The position numbers and the translations under genes are program-made. Under the pieces are notes generated by a model, which was not told the origin of the DNA, did not search any database, and worked only from the letters and a program-made list of their open reading frames with translations. From positions 2,786,158-2,850,157 of the forward strand of contig CAJINV010000013.1 of the NCBI GenBank assembly GCA_905178155.1: DNA of 64,000 nt. The letters are read 5' to 3'. This document shows positions 12,674-24,899 of the stretch, piece after piece; positions within the stretch are counted from its first letter, which is position 1; the number at the start of each line of letters is the position of its first letter. This stretch comes from Amoebophrya sp. A120. Its lineage: Eukaryota > Protista > Dinoflagellata.

Positions 12674-15265
12674 TCACACGTCCGTATTTTTGTAGTTTGC
12701 CGGGGTTTTCGGCCTTTTCATCGCCACCGTGGGGTTGACCGTCCGACTGGCGTTCACAATTCTGGTGGCGCCGGAGTTATCAACTGCAAATATGTCTTGG
12801 TCTGGGAGATTGCGAGATTTGTAATGCTAGTCTGGCATGACTCTGAACTCTGTATTGCGTGGCCGCGGGCAGCTCCTCTTACCTGTCAACATGCAACAGC
12901 GCAGTTTCCCATGCGGAGTACGCAACTCAGAACCACGTCAAGACTTGTCATGCTCATGCTGGGCAGCGCATTATAATGTTTTCACTATTCCCTTCTTTGC
13001 ATCACAAGTCTCCAGACCCAGACCACATTTTTACATTTGATAGGAGTGGGCGGAGAACAAAGTTCGGCCCAGTGTCGTGTTCAACTTGATTTCCGAAAAC
13101 GCCTGCCGTTGCAAAAAAGACCCCTGCGGCCCCAAGCCGGTTAAGCCCGTCGCCCGTGGCGGCGTTTGCAGTTTGTCCAGGTACAGATTCCCGCCGAAGG
13201 GCGACATCATGGGCGGCGGGAGGAGCGTGTTCTGCAGGCTATTCGAGGTTTCGTAGTCCATAGACGCAATGCCCGCGTTGGTGGAGGCAAAGCCGTCAAC
13301 CTGTGTTGGATCAGTGTAAGCAATTCGCATTAAAGATTTCTTTACCTCATGCGGTGAGCGATAGGAAGAAACACGCCATGCGACTATTGACGCACGACCA
13401 GTAGGTCGCGATGTACGATAAACTATATACGTTTTTCACAAAAAGCTGCACTCAGACTTACCTTCAACAACCTCTGAAACATCTCCTTGGACAGGACGCC
13501 TCCGCCCTTCATGCCCGCACGAAAGTCCGCAAACACCTTCTGCCGCCGCTTCCACACGTCGCTGGGCTCCCCCATGCAGAGGGGCCAATTCACCGAGACG
13601 TAGGCGGAGATGTGAATCTCGTCGACGCGGCGCCGGTGGCCGAGCTGAATGAAGTCGCCGCCGGGTTTGATCTTGGGCACCGGCTTTTTCTCCTCCTCCA
13701 CATCCTCGTCATCCGAAACTTTCGTCGGATCGTCCTCCGATTGCTCGGGGTACAGGTCCTGAGAATGTTTTGTGGTTTTTGATTTTCAGAGTGGATGCTA
13801 CATGGTTCCTATTTCTATTGCGTTTTGAATAAAACTTATCCACCTATTTGTATGCCATTTCTGAGTCAAACAGCAAAATCTTCCAACTACATGCAAATCA
13901 ACAATTGAACCGAGGACCACAGAACCAAGCGTTCCACTTTGCTACTGTAAGTACCCCTCTCCCTCCCGCCGCCCGGGAGTGCACCAAGTCCCTGTGCGAG
14001 GGCGGGATCCGCAGCATATTTGCGGAAAGCGGCACTTCATCGCTCAACAAAACCGTCGACAGCTTCTCTTTCCGCAAATGCATCGGCGCAATCGTCAGTT
14101 CCTCGAATGCGTCCTCGAATCAAAAGGAAAAATCCCCCCTCCCCATAATGATGAGGTGCGTTTTCGAAAATTTGTGTTGCTGATTTGTGACAACAAATCG
14201 GGTCTGTTTTGCAAGTCGGCAACTCCACCGGCTCCGCCGCATTATGCAGGCGGTTTGTCATGCTGTTGGGCCTACAGCGCGGACGTTTTTCATGCTAAGC
14301 GCCTACACAAAAACCTCTCTCTTCAGGCTCGATAGGGGCCTGCAGTCCTCTCCAGCATCACAAATCTGATTTGTGTACGCAAATACAGCATCACAAATTT
14401 CGTTTTCGATATGGGGTGCGGGGATTTTTCCTTGTGATACCTCGAAATACTGGTTCAGGTTCCGGCCCTGCATCAAGTGCTGCGCTCCGTGCCGCGAGCT
14501 TCTGCCGCCGGGCGTGCTCGGCGACTTCAGCCCACGGGAGGACGCTGGGGAAGCCTTTATTTGCTGGTAGTTGTTGTGCTGACTCTGACTCACGCCCCCG
14601 GGCGAGCTCGGCGTCGGTTTAGGTGAGCTGATCCGGTTCGTGATGCCCCCCGGCGCAGGAACTACGGGGGCTCCGCCGCCTCGGGGGCTGGGCTTGGGGG
14701 AATACCGCGACGCCACCCGCTCCGGACTCGGTTGGGTTCGCGTCCTGCCGGGGGACCTGGGGCTGCGGTTCGGCGACAAAGCTCGGGACTGGGACCGGGA
14801 TCGGTTTCTTCTCCGTGCTGAGCTTTGCGCGGAACTGGGCCGAGATGGGTGTCCCGAGGTCAAGCCGAGCAGGCTGGCTTTGTGGGGCGGATCTTGCTGC
14901 AGCATGTCGCAGAGGTCGTACAGGGTCATCGCGTCGTAGAGCTCTTTCCCGGACTGATACCGCGACTCGTACACCTTTTCCTTCCGGATCTGCAGCGGCG
15001 AGGAAGCGGCATTGTCCAGGTTCTCGTTCTCGAGGAGAAAGTCGATGTTGTCCTCGATCAGCTCAAAGTGCGAGAGAAATAACCGCACTTTCTTCTGCTC
15101 GAAGTCGATCTTGTATTTTTTCTCATCCCGGGCCCGGGCCTCCTTGAACACCGTTTCTCGGATCTCCGCAACGGAGGTCTCACCGGGAAGCTCCAGCTCC
15201 AAATTCCCGCCCGCCAGCGAAAACCGGTGCACAATCACCTTTTTCACTTTGGACTCCCCCGTCAT
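12674..15265 (-). CDS. Uncharacterised protein with possible N-terminal ubiquitin-like domain and S/P/R-rich region, multi-exon
   Basis: ORF 14303-15265 continues QYFE|DAFEELT across 14118-14439 and SAHS|GATRIV across 12778-13042; UBL call is by eye only. Confidence 0.55.
12778..13042. mobile_element. Introner family A, diverged (265 bp)
   Basis: TATCAACTGCAAATATGTCTTGGTCTGG...CCAGACCACATTTTTACATTTGATA; TSD GGAGT. Confidence 0.9.
14118..14439. mobile_element. Introner family C (322 bp), opposite orientation to 7816-8138
   Basis: AATCAAAAGGAAAAATCCCCCCTCCCCATA...GATTTTTCCTTGTGATA; TSD CCTCG. Confidence 0.92.
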
Positions 15266-16204
15266 GATTGCTACTTGCCAGTGTTTGACTTCTTGTGAGA
15301 GCTACATACTGACGGGGAATTTTTAGATGAGAAAGTAGATCTCTCGAATCTATGTGATTTATTCTTTTTGAAACAGAGAGATAGAGATCGTGTCGTCCTC
15401 ACTCTCTACGCAATAGAACCTCGTCTGTGTTTTCTGACACCTCGAGCTCACTCGCCAGGAACTGCACAACTCAAACAAGAAACTTATCGCGCTGCTCAAT
15501 CAAGAAGAAACTGCAGCTTCCTTCATGAAAGATGCTCGCATTTTGGTGCGGGAATGCGTTGCTTGCGCTCGGTCTTTCTCTCATTTTTGAATGTACTGCA
15601 AGTTATGCCAAACTGCTACGCTCGCTGCAATGCTGAAGGTTCTTCCAGGAGAAGTAGCTGCAAGACACAGAACTACAAACGGAGGCACAGACGGCGGTAG
15701 TGCAGGCTTCTTCTCAGCGTCCCGTATGAAGCTCCTGCTCGTTCTTCTCAACCACTACGTCTCCTTTTAGTTCTATTTGTTGATCTCGCTGTCGGTTTTC
15801 TTTTCTTCATTGCGCACTACTTCCAGAAAGGAGTGCGTAAGATGTCAACATCAAGGTGATATAGTCATCTCTACTTTTGTGTCAAAAATAAAACTGGTAG
15901 CGAATGCGTCTCTTTGCGAGGCGCAAACGCTTTTGATGTTCCTGATGAGAAAGAACACACAGACTAGACACCAACTTCACGGTCATCATGTTCCTCGCCG
16001 TTGCCGCAGAGGTCCACGAAAGTTGAGAAAACCCCATGAGTTGCCGCCAGGTAGTTGTTGGTGTACAGGGTCGTCGTGCGCCGGAACAGTTCTCGTACCA
16101 ACTACATATTCCCTCGGATAAACTACTTCTTGCTCCTGCCCCGCACCCTCCCCCTCCTGTGGCACCATCGCACGGGATGAAACCACGCCACTACTAAGTC
16201 GTCC

Positions 16205-17887
16205 TCACAGGAGGAGCGCTCCCGCTGTTTCCGCGTTTAAAATTCCTTGTTCCCCCCTACGGTTGTTGAAGCCGGGAAAACCCCCCGGTGAGAGAGGACG
16301 ATCGTCCACGGGATGTTGAACAGTACTAGAGTTGTGGGCAGAAGTAGCGGCTTCTTCCTCTTCCTCCCCGTCGTGCTGTCCTGATGGACTCGTCGTGCCA
16401 GGAACAGGATCAACACGTACTAGTGGAGCGACACTTTCCGAGACGCTCGTTTCTCGAGAGAAGGAACGAGATGAGTACGCGGAAGTGGTGGAAGTTGCAA
16501 TACTGATATCATGATAATGAACATTTTCAACTCGGTCATGATCTTGGCTCGGGCCACGTATTGGACTCTGATGTTCCAAAAAGAACCTCCTGCTCCGAGC
16601 CTGCCGCTTTTCTTGCTCCTGTGAACCCAGCTCCAAGACCTGGTCAACATCAATTGGGTCCCGCTCATCATGCCGTCCCAGTTTACTAACACCAGACAGC
16701 CTCGCGTCAGCGTCGAATTTGTTTTGCAGCTCAATGAAGCTTTGGTACGTTGTCTCATCGTTGGAGACGACTTCCGGAAACCGAGCGGAGACAACCTTCT
16801 GCATTTCGCCCAGTTTCGCTAGCAGAAACGTCACCTCCTCCTTCAAAAGCAGCAAATCCTCCTTCTCGGACCGCTGCAGTTGGCGGCAGACGCGCAAACT
16901 CCGCACAAAGTGGCTCTCGGGCGCGTTGGGCTCGGGGTCTCGGAAGATCGGCGCGGCTGGGTCCCCGTTTTTGATGGCAGTCGCCAGTTCGCCGACGTAG
17001 TGCCCCAGATTGTTCTCCAAGAAGAACAAGTGAAAGGCGAGCCCGGTTACGAAACCCAGCGGAAGGTTCAGCACGTTGACCGAGACGACCTTGCAGAAAA
17101 ACGCGCACACCGCCGAGCACGCAGAAGTGTGCCGCGTAGGGTAAGGAACCACGACGTGCCGATTATTATACGGAGCAGGCCGGACTGGCACAACGGCGGC
17201 AGTTGTGGCGGGGAGGTGTTCGACGTGTTTTTCATCTTTTTTCCTCCGCACCATCGTAGCAGTCGAAGAGCTTCGTGCGCGATGTACAACCCCGCAATGA
17301 GAATCAGCAAGAACCTCCTTGGGGAACGTATCACATCCTCCGTCTCGTCGTCCGGAAGGACAGTTCTTCAGCGACCGAGCTCCCTGTTCTCCACTTCCAC
17401 CTTCTTTCGTACCAGTTGACAAAAGTGGAGGCCCCTTCTTATTCCTACAGACCAGAGATGAACCACACGTCGTGGGTGCCACGGCAGATCGCGACCGTGC
17501 GATTGCCGGCGCACCTGCTGTCATTTTTGTCAGTGTGGTGGTTTTCGATACCACGGGTCGCCCTCTGCCATGGATCGCAGTACCGTTATTTCCACCGATC
17601 GGCCTTCTCGCTTGCTGTGTACCACGGCCGGAAACTTTTTCCCCTCCTTTCGGTTGATCTGCCATCTCTGATATGGCCCAATTCCAACTGCCTTCAGCTA
17701 AACTCGAATTTAATGATACAGAAAATAAATGAGAGAGTAAGTAGCTGTGCTGGGGCTGTTGGTTTTGTGTAACATTATCGAGATAGATTTCAGAAGGTCC
17801 GGACAATCCAAGAATTGGCTGGTATTTCAGTCGGAGAAGAAGGAGAGGCACCCTGCTGGTTACTTGTCGATCAAAGGAGACCGACAT
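16205..17887 (-). CDS. Uncharacterised protein with one hydrophobic segment followed by a coiled coil; start uncertain
   Basis: 560-aa ORF; VLNLPLGFVTGLAFHLFFL segment; on the same strand as all neighbours. Confidence 0.55.
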   Translation of the reverse strand: MSVSFDRQVTSRVPLLLLRLKYQPILGLSGPSEIYLDNVTQNQQPQHSYLLSHLFSVSLNSSLAEGSWNWAISEMADQPKGGEKVSGRGTQQARRPIGGNNGTAIHGRGRPVVSKTTTLTKMTAGAPAIARSRSAVAPTTCGSSLVCRNKKGPPLLSTGTKEGGSGEQGARSLKNCPSGRRDGGCDTFPKEVLADSHCGVVHRARSSSTATMVRRKKDEKHVEHLPATTAAVVPVRPAPYNNRHVVVPYPTRHTSACSAVCAFFCKVVSVNVLNLPLGFVTGLAFHLFFLENNLGHYVGELATAIKNGDPAAPIFRDPEPNAPESHFVRSLRVCRQLQRSEKEDLLLLKEEVTFLLAKLGEMQKVVSARFPEVVSNDETTYQSFIELQNKFDADARLSGVSKLGRHDERDPIDVDQVLELGSQEQEKRQARSRRFFLEHQSPIRGPSQDHDRVENVHYHDISIATSTTSAYSSRSFSRETSVSESVAPLVRVDPVPGTTSPSGQHDGEEEEEAATSAHNSSTVQHPVDDRPLSPGGFPGFNNRRGEQGILNAETAGALLL

Positions 17888-18524
17888 GCTCTTCAGGAAC
17901 AGCGTTTATGAACTTTGCTATTCGAAAAAAAATAGATAACCTGATCGACGTCGTAAGATCTTCACGATGCCAATTCTAACCACGAAACCGAACGGGAACT
18001 CAAGCGACTGATCGTTCGCACGGATCCTGAGCCCTCGTCTAGAATCTTGAGCGACGAAATTGGGAACAAAAAGACGAGTGAAAAGATCGGCTCCACGAAC
18101 ACTGAATCCCCCTCGAGCGTCCAATAATCCACTGCTGCGTTTTAAGTGAAAGTCAGATATGCCAAAGAAACGCGATGGAAAAAGAGACCGAAAAGCGAAA
18201 GTTGTCAACGCAGCTGTGCCTGCGATACGGTCAAGTTGCGTTCAACAACACACGATATATGAGTACTAGTCATCGATTCACACATCTTGCTCGACACAGC
18301 TTCTATATACGCTCCTGTGCAAACTTGGTTTGAAAGAAGTACAGCCTCGACGTTTATCTACTTCTATCTATGACATAACGAAACACGGCCTCCTCCTGTT
18401 CTTCTCACTTTTTCCATTTGATAGACACAAACGCAAATAAAAAACATGTAGACCACAAATACCCGTACAACGGTACTCCTGAGGGCAGTTGATGATAAAT
18501 TGACGCAACAGCGCGATGTAATCC

Positions 18525-21500
18525 CTACGGGACCTCCTCCACCGTCCGCACCAAGTTGGGCTTGCTGTGTGCCAAGTAGACTACGTTTGCGAACTCCGCT
18601 GGATTGTCTACGTACAACTGGTGCCCCGCGTTATTGACAAAGTACACCCCGCCTTCCCGGTACGACGCATCAGGCGCTGATGGCAACATGCTGGTAGACT
18701 TTGCGGCAGAAGTGCTGTTTGATGTTAGTGCAGCCTCGCTAGAAGGAGATTTGGTAGTTGTACTATCTTGTCCAACATCTTCCGATGCAGCTGAAAGAGT
18801 TCCACTTGCGCCACCCTCCCTGGCCGTTTCGTAGTTCAACTTGAATTTTACCAATTTCACCTGGCTTTGCTTCATCCGCTGGACGAATTCGGGCGAAATC
18901 GGGTGCGGGTTCTCCGTGAGCTCGTCGCTGGAGTCCAACCGGGTCAAAATTTCCGGGCTCTTCACAAACTGCAGCATATCAAATGTAAAAATGTCTGGGT
19001 CTGAAAGAATGCCGAATTGAAATTGATGCCATGCTGTTTTTGCATGACACAAAATGTCTGTCATGGAAGCCCTAGCATCACAGATTTCGAGAGGCTTCCA
19101 CATTGCTTAATCCGCATGACAAATCCCCCATTTTGGAGCCAGGAAATGGGCACCTTTTGTTGCCCTGCATGAGAGATTTGTTTGTGTTGTGAAATGCGCA
19201 TCACAAGTTTGCATCCTTCCAGATCCAGACCCAGACACTTTTACATTTAATACAGCAGCCGCTGCGACGACTTCACGTCCATCCAATCATTGGGGTAGCC
19301 GTAGATGAAGCTGATCCCACCCTGGATCTGCAGCTTCAGAATCCGCTCCCCGAGCGGGCGTTTGGCGCAATATGAAAGCGTTTCACGGCTCCCCTTCGTC
19401 TCCCCATCACTTGGATGTTGTAGCTGCCGTCCGTAGCAGCACAAGCGCTGGCAAAGATCAGGCAGCTTGCTTTTCATGACAAAAAATTAGGCACGACCGA
19501 TTCTGGTGCTGTCTCGGCTTCCGGAACAACAAGAAAAAGAATCTGTTATATGCACAGTAGTGGCAAAAAATGTGCTGCTGGCAAAACCAAAAGGTGCACG
19601 TCGATTTTTTGATAAGTTCGTGAATGAGAAATAAAAGCGAGGGGGAGCAGCTGTGCACTAGGGTACGTAGGCACCGGGATGGAGTAGGGCGGAGATCATG
19701 TACTCCGCCGAGCCCTCCTCCGCAGCATAGCAGTGGTAGAGGTACTTCCCCAGGTTTTCCCGCGTGAAGGACCGGCCCGACCGGTCGGACATGCCCTTGG
19801 GCAGACCGGTGACTTCGCAGGCTTTGTCGGTGTCACCGTCCATCCCCCGAATAAATTTGTCGGTGTTGCTGTACTTGGCAAATTGCCCGTTGTCCACGAA
19901 ACGCTTCTGCACATAGGCCCGCACCAACGCCTTCCCGCCGAGCGGCTTCCCCAGGAAACGGACGACTTCGAAGGGAGTGAAGTCGTTTTCCCAGAGGCTG
20001 TACGCCGTGTTTAAAAGCAGCTTCGCGTACCACGGCCGCTCCTCCATTTTCTGCTTTCGCACCTCCGCGTTGGGCATGCGCGCGATGCCGCAGGGCGAAG
20101 CGAGAATCAAACTCGTCACGTGGTTGGGAAACTTCTCCGCGTAGCACACCGACAAGTAGCCGCCCATGCTGTGCCCCACCAGAATATCGATCTTCGTGTC
20201 CGGCCCCAGAATTTGCTGCCGCCACATCTCTATGGATTGCAAATATGTCTGGGTCTGGAAAGTTGGAACTTGTGATGCTGGTGTTGCATTCCTGTGCAAT
20301 CTGTATTGCATGACCAAGAACAGTGGTAGCCTGTCTCATGTCATACAAAAACACAGTTTCATGCGGAGTTCGTATGAGAAAGCGTGCTGCAGCCTTGTCA
20401 TGCTTTATTCCTGCATAAGAAAGTGACTTCCTCTTGCACATTTTAGCATCACAAATTTGCAGACCCAGACATTTTTGCAGTTGATAATCTCCAGACTGTA
20501 GATGAAAAAGGACTCCGCTTGGTCGACCTTCCGCCGGATGGCCGACTTGGTCATGCTCCCTATCCTGAGTAAAAACGTACCCACACCAGAGCTGTAATGC
20601 AGATTTGCAAAGACAGGAAGACTTGTAATGCGCATCCCCATGGGAGCCATTTGCAGTCGTGTTTTGGAATTTGTGATGCTGTGAACAGGATGAGCAGATG
20701 AATCTGTGACGCGGCTGCACTTGCTAACCTGCACTACACTGCGGAGTGCAACTTGTCATGCGTGACTCACAAAACTCCTAGGTTTGTGTTGCAAAATCCC
20801 CATCCTGACTCTGGTGTGGGTACGTTTTTACTCAGGATACTCCCGGCGGAAGCGTTAGTAGTTTCGTCGTCCTTTGATTTGTTGAAAAACGTCCACTTGG
20901 GGCGCGAACTGAGCCCCCACCCGAGCCAGTCGATGGCGTGAATAAAGTGGTCGGGAAACTTCTGCCGCAAACTGGGCACCACCATCCCCCACGTGGCGCA
21001 CCCCATTCCGTAGCCCGGACACAGCACGATGTGCTTGAAATTGGATCTCTCGACGCGTCCTTTCGACGTAGATGTTGATGAAGCGCTGGACAGAAATGAA
21101 CTATTGCTTCTGGCATCTGTTGACATGCGCTGTTCAGCAGAGGCCGAAAAATTCTGTGGGCGAGCCGTGAACGAATGCATCCAGTGCAAATTGGTGCGGT
21201 TCTTCTCTACTTCCACTTCGGAATCGCGTTCGCCGTCCGGCTTTTTAGCCTTACTAGCCAACGAACTTCTTGGCGAACTACAGGCGGACGTCAAAACCCC
21301 TCCCCTATCGCTATTCCTGTTCTTCGAGTTCCCAGACATGGCGGACAGGTTGGATGCTCGGTTTGGAGGCTGAAAGAACTTGGTGCCATTTATTTCAATA
21401 CTTGCTAGTTGCCAATTGTTTTCCTTGTCCGGTCCCAGTGGAAGACTTTTTGTGCTTTCCACCCTTTGTTCGTCAACATTTTTAGTACCGTCGTCAACAC

Positions 21501-23744
21501 CGTCTCCATTGAAGGACTCGACGTCGATCGTACCCCGTTTTCTTGACGGGTCATTGATGATGGCGCCCTCAACGCCAGCTGCATCCACGTCGATTGTGCC
21601 ACTCCTGAGTAGAAGCTTCTGTCGTGTCTTCGCTGTTGCAGAAGTAGTGCCAGAATCTACACAATTATTGTCGCTCTCCTCTGCTTTCCGCAAAAAAGCA
21701 TCAGATAATGCCAGTGAAAGTCATATACGCGACCACCACTTGTCGAAGATACATCCCTTCGTAAAAGCTATTTATGAAGCCTACAGATGTAGATTGCCAC
21801 ATGGCCCTCATTCTTCAATACTTCTACCTACAGTTGTACAAAACTAAAGACGGCAAGATCATCCACATTCGACAACTTGCACATCCGTTCCTGTTCACCC
21901 GCATAAAGATTGACTCATCTTTACAGCAAAAAAGCAAGCAGCGGTCGCATAGTTTTCATCACGCTCTTATCAGGTCATCCGTTCCAAGCCTATCCAAGTG
22001 GTCGACGTCTCCCGCACTCGTTGCCGACACATGCCGTGAGGTCGCCGCACTGTTGACTTCGGTACTGATGACGTGGTTTCTATTTCCCCGTAGCTGCAGG
22101 TGCTGCTTTCCATCGAGCGAAACGATCACGTCGTTGAACTCTAGATACTCGTGCATGTCGTAGAGAAACCGCTTTTATTACAATGAAAAATGCCCCCTCC
22201 CCATATCAAAACGGAAATCTGTGATGCAGATAAGATTTGTGGTCACGAGTCAGCTTTGTGATGCTAGAAAGCAAAAGATGCGGATTGTAGTGCTGTCTAG
22301 CGTGGGAAAGCCTTGCAGCTCCAGGATGACAGTAGGCAACTGGAAGTGGGAGACAGCATGACAGATTACCTGCAATTTAGGCCGCGGCTTCGTCTCTTGG
22401 CCTTCTAGCAATACAAGTCGATTTGTGTACTCAAATACAGCGTCACAAATTCGCGCATCTTCCGTTTCCGATATGGGGAGGAGGCTTTTTTCACTTTGAT
22501 AGCTTTTCCGCCTGAATCAAGTGCTGCCGAGAGGAGGATTTCCAGAATTTGCCCCACTTAAACCCCTATCAAATGCAAAAATGTCTGGGTCTGGAAGATT
22601 CCGCGATTTGTCATGCAGTTTTTCCAAGCTCCACCAAGTCTGGAATGCAGGGCCTAGCATCACAGGTTCTGCAGCCCCTTGGTGATGCCCATTATGCATG
22701 AGAAATGTCCTCGCAGCATGGCGAGATATGGGGACCTTTTGCAAGTCATGCAACACAGATTTTTGTATGATCCGCAACACGCATCACAAGTTCGCCGTCT
22801 TCCAGACCCAGACATTTTATTTGCATTTGATAACCCCTCGTCCTCCTTGGTTCCGGAAACTGACGGCTCGCTGCTGTTCCCCTCGTCGTCGACGTCGTCG
22901 TTCCCGTGCAGAGCTTATACAGTGCAAAAATCTACTACTTTGCGCCCCGCTGCTCGCGACTTTGTGTTGCTGTGCATGAAATATTTTCAAAGCCCGACAT
23001 CAAGGATTGGCTCAATAGTAAGTTGTCCCAATGTTCTGCCAGCACGAGATAAAATTTGCTCAGTAGTGGTCTGACGCAGATACCGCTGCGCGTAGTAACT
23101 TTTTTTAGCACTTTGAATAATACCCAGTTAACAAAGTGCAGCACTTTCTACATGGCAAACTGAAGGCGGGGTAGAGGGGCGAGCAGCAGAACTACAATTT
23201 ACTTTGTCTTGCATAGAACTTCCTGCTGCTGCACCACGTGCACATCCGCGCCGGGCGGAGCTGCGAGCGCAGGAGCTGCATCCGGTTCTTGTTGTTCCCT
23301 TCTCCCGTTCACCCAGGCATTTGGATCCCTCTTCTTCCGGTTGCTTTTCGAGGTATGTGCTGTGGCTGTACCAGACAAGGAGGCTCTCTCATCTTGTTTT
23401 CCATTTGTAGTTTTCGCCCCTGATGCTGCAACCCCCACGACTTCTCCCTCGGGACGAGAGCGGGCGGAAATTGTAGCATCATTCAGCTGCGGTAGGGCAG
23501 AAGAAGAAGTTTCGCTATTTCTGCCTGAATCTTCTTCTAGCACGGCCTCTCGACTGGAGTTGGCATCATTTACAGTGGAAGACGTGGACCCCCGACTGCG
23601 ACCGTCGTCCCGCGTTGTTCTTTCCGAAGATTCCCTCGAAAAAACCTCGGCACTCGCGTCCGGAACCAGATCGGGCGGCGGCGCTGGGCTCGAGGTTGGA
23701 GAGGATGTTGAGCTCGACATCAACGAGGCTGCAGTGGCCAGCAC
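18525..23744 (-). CDS. ABHD4/ABHD5/Cld1-like alpha/beta hydrolase, multi-exon with long low-complexity insertions
   Basis: FWKSSSRQHLIQAEKR, LCPGYG, AIDWLGWGLSSRP, LVGHSMGGYL, LILASPCG, PGAY|AKRPL, SFIYG..DWMD, NAGHQLYVDNP. Confidence 0.88.
18977..19252. mobile_element. Introner family A (276 bp)
   Basis: Family A TIRs; TSD CAGCA; joins SQRLL|QFVK. Confidence 0.93.
19371..19665. mobile_element. Putative aged introner / non-canonical intron without a recognisable TIR (295 bp)
   Basis: TA...TA ends, 3/5 TSD CGCAA/CGTAG, typical length; removal yields the conserved HPGAYAKRPL. Confidence 0.6.
20231..20486. mobile_element. Introner family A (256 bp)
   Basis: Family A TIRs; TSD ATCTC; joins YSLE|MWRQQ. 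Confidence 0.92.
20561..20839. mobile_element. Introner family B (279 bp)
   Basis: Family B TIRs; TSD CTCCC. Confidence 0.95.
22176..22501. mobile_element. Introner family C (326 bp)
   Basis: TATTACAATGAAAAATGCCCCCTCCCCATATC...CACTTTGATA; TSD GCTTT; joins QAEK|RFLYD. Confidence 0.9.
22567..22832. mobile_element. Introner family A (266 bp)
   Basis: Family A TIRs; TSD ACCCC; joins EDEG|FKWG. Confidence 0.94.
22916..23215. mobile_element. Diverged introner, candidate family D (300 bp)
   Basis: Starts TATACAGTGCAAAAAT, ends GCATA; TSD GAGCT/GAACT; frame restored QQE(V/A)|LHGNDD. Confidence 0.7.
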
Positions 23745-24814
23745 GAATGAAGATTAATATGTATTTTACTTTTCCGGTCAGAATTTGGGTTGAGAATCAC
23801 TTGTACAGAATAGTCAAGGTTTGGATAAGGTTGATTCGAGTTGCGCACACAGGTGTAGCTGCTCGCCAGGAGAGGCTCGCGGCCAATCCCAGGGAAAAGC
23901 AAAAGTCGTACAAAAGGTAATGATCCAATAAAATGAGGTCTTGCGGTGGCATGCATAAACCGATACCAGGTTCATTTTCTACAATTTGGCCTCAGGACAG
24001 AATCAGAATAGATATCGTGCGGGAAGAAATTTCAATCGGACAGCTTCTGGATAGATGCAGCTTTAGCTACCACGTAGTTTGTAGGGGCGCAGACTGTTTG
24101 TGTCGTTGGAAGATGAAAATTGCAAGGTGAACTTCAGTAAACAGTAATACGGCCGATCTTCGTTGTTAATATCACCGATCCACAAACCGATAGATACAGT
24201 TTCCTGTTTGGTACACCGCCAAATCATGCTGTATCAGTCCCGAATCAGTTTTGAGGCTTTTCTTTTTTTCGTTTTGCCAACATTCGTTTCATCTGCACAA
24301 CCGACGACCACTCTCGACGTATAAATTAGACCGATAATTGAGCGTCGTAATTCGTCCTGTGATCGAGTGATATATTCTAGTACCTATAACCGATGGCGTG
24401 CGAATTCACATAGCAAGAGCTGAATAATATCCAAAATTCGCGACGACGATCTGGTGACCGAAACTTGACTCTATGTCGGTACTCGACAGTAAGTCGTCTA
24501 CCTACACCTAGACCTAGTGCTCTTTGCAGCATAATAGAACTATTTCCCAACTGGAACACTGTGTGGCTTTCAACTCAGCTCTCTGCTTTGGTCTTCTTTG
24601 TAGCTTGTTCACCAGGAGTGGTAGAGGCCGCTAATAGATATCCAAAAAGCTCCCTGTGCTGTTGTCGCACAGACGACGCTGTATTCTTGTTGTTCTTGCG
24701 CTACTTAGATATGAAAGGTCTCCCTTGCCGCTCCTTCTCACTTCACGACATGGTGCTGGGCGCGATTTCATACTATTAACCCCGTTTCGGCTACTTCCCC
24801 CTCGACTTGGCCTT

Positions 24815-24899
24815 CGACTTCGCCCTGTCCTTGTCGCTCGACTTCGCCTTGTCCTTGTCGCTCGACTTCGCCTTGTCCTTGTCGTTCGACTTCGCCTTG
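24815..24899. repeat. 24-bp tandem repeat, about 3.5 units, probably coding (KAKSSDKD on the minus strand)
   Basis: CGACTTCGCCTTGTCCTTGTCGCT repeated head to tail. Confidence 0.9.

Noticed and set aside
21706-21969. Possible aged introner with TA ends and TCAGA/TCAGG flanks in the ABHD-like gene
   Set aside because: Removing it with one flank copy does not restore the frame; an intron lies here but its boundaries are unresolved
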